From Candidatus Bathyarchaeia archaeon (GTDB lineage: Archaea > Thermoproteota > Bathyarchaeia > Bathyarchaeales > Bathycorpusculaceae): a DNA stretch of 29,210 bases. Position numbers and translations under genes: made by a program. The DNA is taken from NCBI GenBank assembly GCA_037481775.1, contig JBBFKZ010000019.1, forward strand, positions 1 through 29,210. Direction: 5' to 3'. The notes below the pieces were generated by a model that was given only the letters and a program-made list of their open reading frames with translations, was not told the origin of the DNA and did not search any database. This document shows positions 27,010-29,210 of this stretch, piece by piece; position 1 is the stretch's first letter, and the number at the start of each line of letters is the position of its first letter.

Positions 27010-28052
27010 AAATGCCAAAGGTAATCGAATGGATAGGCGCAAGAGAAAACGACATAGTCTGGAGATACCCAAACGAGGAGATCGCGTGGGGCGATAACCT
27101 TGTTGTTCACGAATACGAAGCCGCAGTGTTCTTCCGAGACGGCAAAGCATATGACGTATTCAGAGCCGGCCGGCACGTGTTGACGACGGCAAATTTGCCG
27201 TTGCTAACGAAAATTGTTTCCAAACTCGCCGGCTTCGACAAGGTCCCCTTCAGAGCAACCATCATATTTATCTCGCTTAAGCAGTTCCAAGGAAAATTCG
27301 GCGCGCAAGGGCAAACTAAAGAACTCGCACCGTTGAAGTTCTTCGGTGGCTTCTGGTTCAGAGTCGAAGAGCCCAACCTCTTCGTAAACGAGGTTATAGG
27401 CAGCCAAGGCGCATACACAACAGATGGACTGCAAAGCTTCTTAAGAGGTTATCTTAACGAGCGCCTCATTGACACATTAAGCCAGTACTCGCTTGCAGAA
27501 GTTTACGGCAAACTCGACGAGACAAGCTTGCTTGCGAAGAATATGCTTTACGATGCCTTTTCCAGGATTGGGCTTGAACTGATAGATGTAAAATTTGAGG
27601 GCTTGGATACAACTCCTGAATGGCGAGATAGGCTATTCTACATAAAAACGGGCGTCAGCGGAACAGAAGTTCTTAGAATGGAAACTGTTCAGAAATCAAG
27701 CGAAAGCCTTTCTAAAGGTTCAGGCGCAGCAGTAGGCGCGGGCGCAGTGATACTGCCACAAATGTTTCAACAGCCACCCGCTGGACAAGCACAAGTGATG
27801 GTACTATGCCCCAAATGCGGCTTCCAAAACCCGCAGACAAGCAAGTTCTGCGGCAACTGCGGCACACCACTGCAAGCACAACAAACACAAGGTGGCGTAA
27901 ACTGCCCGAAATGTGGCACGGCAAACGCTCCAGGCGCCAAGTTCTGTTCAAACTGCGGAGCGCCATTGCAGGCTACTGTTAAGTGCCCAAAATGCGGTGC
28001 TGAAAATCAGGCAGGAGCAAAATTCTGCTCCAACTGCGGCACCAAACTATAA
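27006..28052 (+). CDS. SPFH-domain protein (YdjI-like) with three C-terminal zinc ribbons
   Basis: DIVWRYP, LVVHEYEAAVFFRDGK, GRHVLTTANLP motifs; three CPKCG-x7-KFCxNCG units. Confidence 0.9.
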   Translation: MKMPKVIEWIGARENDIVWRYPNEEIAWGDNLVVHEYEAAVFFRDGKAYDVFRAGRHVLTTANLPLLTKIVSKLAGFDKVPFRATIIFISLKQFQGKFGAQGQTKELAPLKFFGGFWFRVEEPNLFVNEVIGSQGAYTTDGLQSFLRGYLNERLIDTLSQYSLAEVYGKLDETSLLAKNMLYDAFSRIGLELIDVKFEGLDTTPEWRDRLFYIKTGVSGTEVLRMETVQKSSESLSKGSGAAVGAGAVILPQMFQQPPAGQAQVMVLCPKCGFQNPQTSKFCGNCGTPLQAQQTQGGVNCPKCGTANAPGAKFCSNCGAPLQATVKCPKCGAENQAGAKFCSNCGTKL

Positions 28053-28055
28053 CCC

Positions 28056-28076
28056 TTTTTTTCTTTTTCATTTTCT
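28056..28076 (+). terminator. Oligo-T archaeal terminator
   Basis: tttttttctttttcattttct directly after the SPFH stop codon. Confidence 0.6.
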
Positions 28077-28205
28077 GTAGCATTTTCAGACAGCAGCGTT
28101 GTGGAAGTTGCATTTTAGGTGATGCTGACATGGCGTTATTGGGTATTCTTTTTGTAACGTTTTTATTTCCATTTTGTTTATGCTATGGCAGAGTCAGGAT
28201 TCAAA

Positions 28206-29210
28206 ATGAGCAATGAAACAATCGGTCGCGGCACATGGTACGACAAAATGGCCCAAAAGATAATTAGTCGAGAACAGAAACTTGGCAGAAGCCTAAGCAG
28301 GATTCGTACGGAAATGGGCCTCGGTGCCTCCGGCTTTCCACACATAGGCAGTCTCGGCGATGCCGCTCGGTCTTATGCGGTGACGTTGGCTTTACAGGAG
28401 ATGGGTTACCATTCAGAGCTTATTGCCTTCTGTGATGACAAGGATGGGCTCCGCAAGGTTCCAGCTGGACTGCCGAAATCCTTAGAGAAGTACCTGGGCT
28501 TTCCAGTGTCCAGCATTCCCGACCCGTTTGGCTGCCACGAAAGCTACGGTAAACACATGAGCTCACTTCTGCTTGACGCGCTGGACAAGTGTGGCATCCA
28601 GTACACGTATATGTCTGCGAAAGAGGTTTACGAGAAAGGTTTGTTGCTTGAGGAGATTAGAACCATACTTTTGAACGCCAAGAAAGTGGGCGAGATCGTT
28701 AAGGAGGAAGTGGGGCAAGAGCGGTATACGGAAGTTTTGCCGTTCTTTCCTGTTTGCGAAAAATGCGGCCGCATCTACACTACAAAAGCCTTAGAGTTCA
28801 TCCCAGAAACAGACAAGGTTCTTTATGTTTGCGAGGGCCTTGAAATCAGAGGCAGATGGATTTCGGGTTGTGGGCATAAAGGCGAAGCGGACATACGCCG
28901 CGGCGAGGGAAAACTAAGCTGGAAGGGCGAGTTCGCTGCGCGATGGCGCGCTTTGGACATACGATTTGAAGCCTACGGCAAGGACATAGCAGATTCAGTC
29001 CGCATAAACGACCGCATATGCCGCGAAATCCTCTGCTTTGAACCGCCCGCGCATGCGAAATATGAAATGTTCTTGGACAAAAGTGGAAGGAAAATCTCCA
29101 AGTCCGCCGGCAACGTGTTCACGCCTCAGGTGTGGTTCCGTTACGGCTCCCCGCAATCGCTGCTTCTGCTTATGCTGAAGCGGTTCGTGGGAACCCGCAC
29201 CCTTGACGTC
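28206..29210 (+). CDS. lysS: Lysyl-tRNA synthetase, class I (partial, runs off the right edge)
   Basis: Not in the ORF track. MSNETIGRGTWYD...GLGASGFPHIGS (HIGH-like), DDKDGLRKVP, IPDPFGCHESYGKH, GKLSWK, FEAYGKD and KISKSAGN (KMSKS-like). Confidence 0.96.
   Translation, partial: MSNETIGRGTWYDKMAQKIISREQKLGRSLSRIRTEMGLGASGFPHIGSLGDAARSYAVTLALQEMGYHSELIAFCDDKDGLRKVPAGLPKSLEKYLGFPVSSIPDPFGCHESYGKHMSSLLLDALDKCGIQYTYMSAKEVYEKGLLLEEIRTILLNAKKVGEIVKEEVGQERYTEVLPFFPVCEKCGRIYTTKALEFIPETDKVLYVCEGLEIRGRWISGCGHKGEADIRRGEGKLSWKGEFAARWRALDIRFEAYGKDIADSVRINDRICREILCFEPPAHAKYEMFLDKSGRKISKSAGNVFTPQVWFRYGSPQSLLLLMLKRFVGTRTLDV

Noticed and set aside
27800-28050. Three similar DNA repeats at the end of the SPFH gene
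   Set aside because: They encode the in-frame zinc-ribbon repeats; not CRISPR or DGR-like.

Overview
Archaeal chromosomal window, most consistent with Bathyarchaeia (class I LysRS, Alba, archaeal PGK, UPF0147/UPF0148, intron-containing tRNA-Ser, EPFP-TM-KRKH surface-protein tail). Bases 1-6004 are the AT-rich end of a probable integrative element or island abutting the 3' end of tRNA-Ser(CGA). It holds a wHTH gene (probably the N-terminus of a type I R-M methyltransferase), a surface protein, a GT-C membrane protein and a decayed integrase tail. The rest is mostly housekeeping: udp, pgk, a bacterial-type gap, mrp, albA, ilvD, HD hydrolase, tmk, an FAD oxidoreductase-YdjG-like-SPFH operon and lysS. 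Further gene debris sits at the 3' ends of tRNA-Ala(TGC) and tRNA-Glu(TTC). The most striking feature is an SDR gene frameshifted by a perfect 36-bp target duplication around a 43-bp foreign insert, the geometry of an off-target CRISPR spacer integration. Other notable points are a duplicated non-coding palindrome module at both ends of the island cargo, a small gene whose 3' flank is complementary to its own RBS, structured 5' leaders on albA and an unannotated CxxC-x17-CxxC gene, and a C55 variant in tRNA-Glu.
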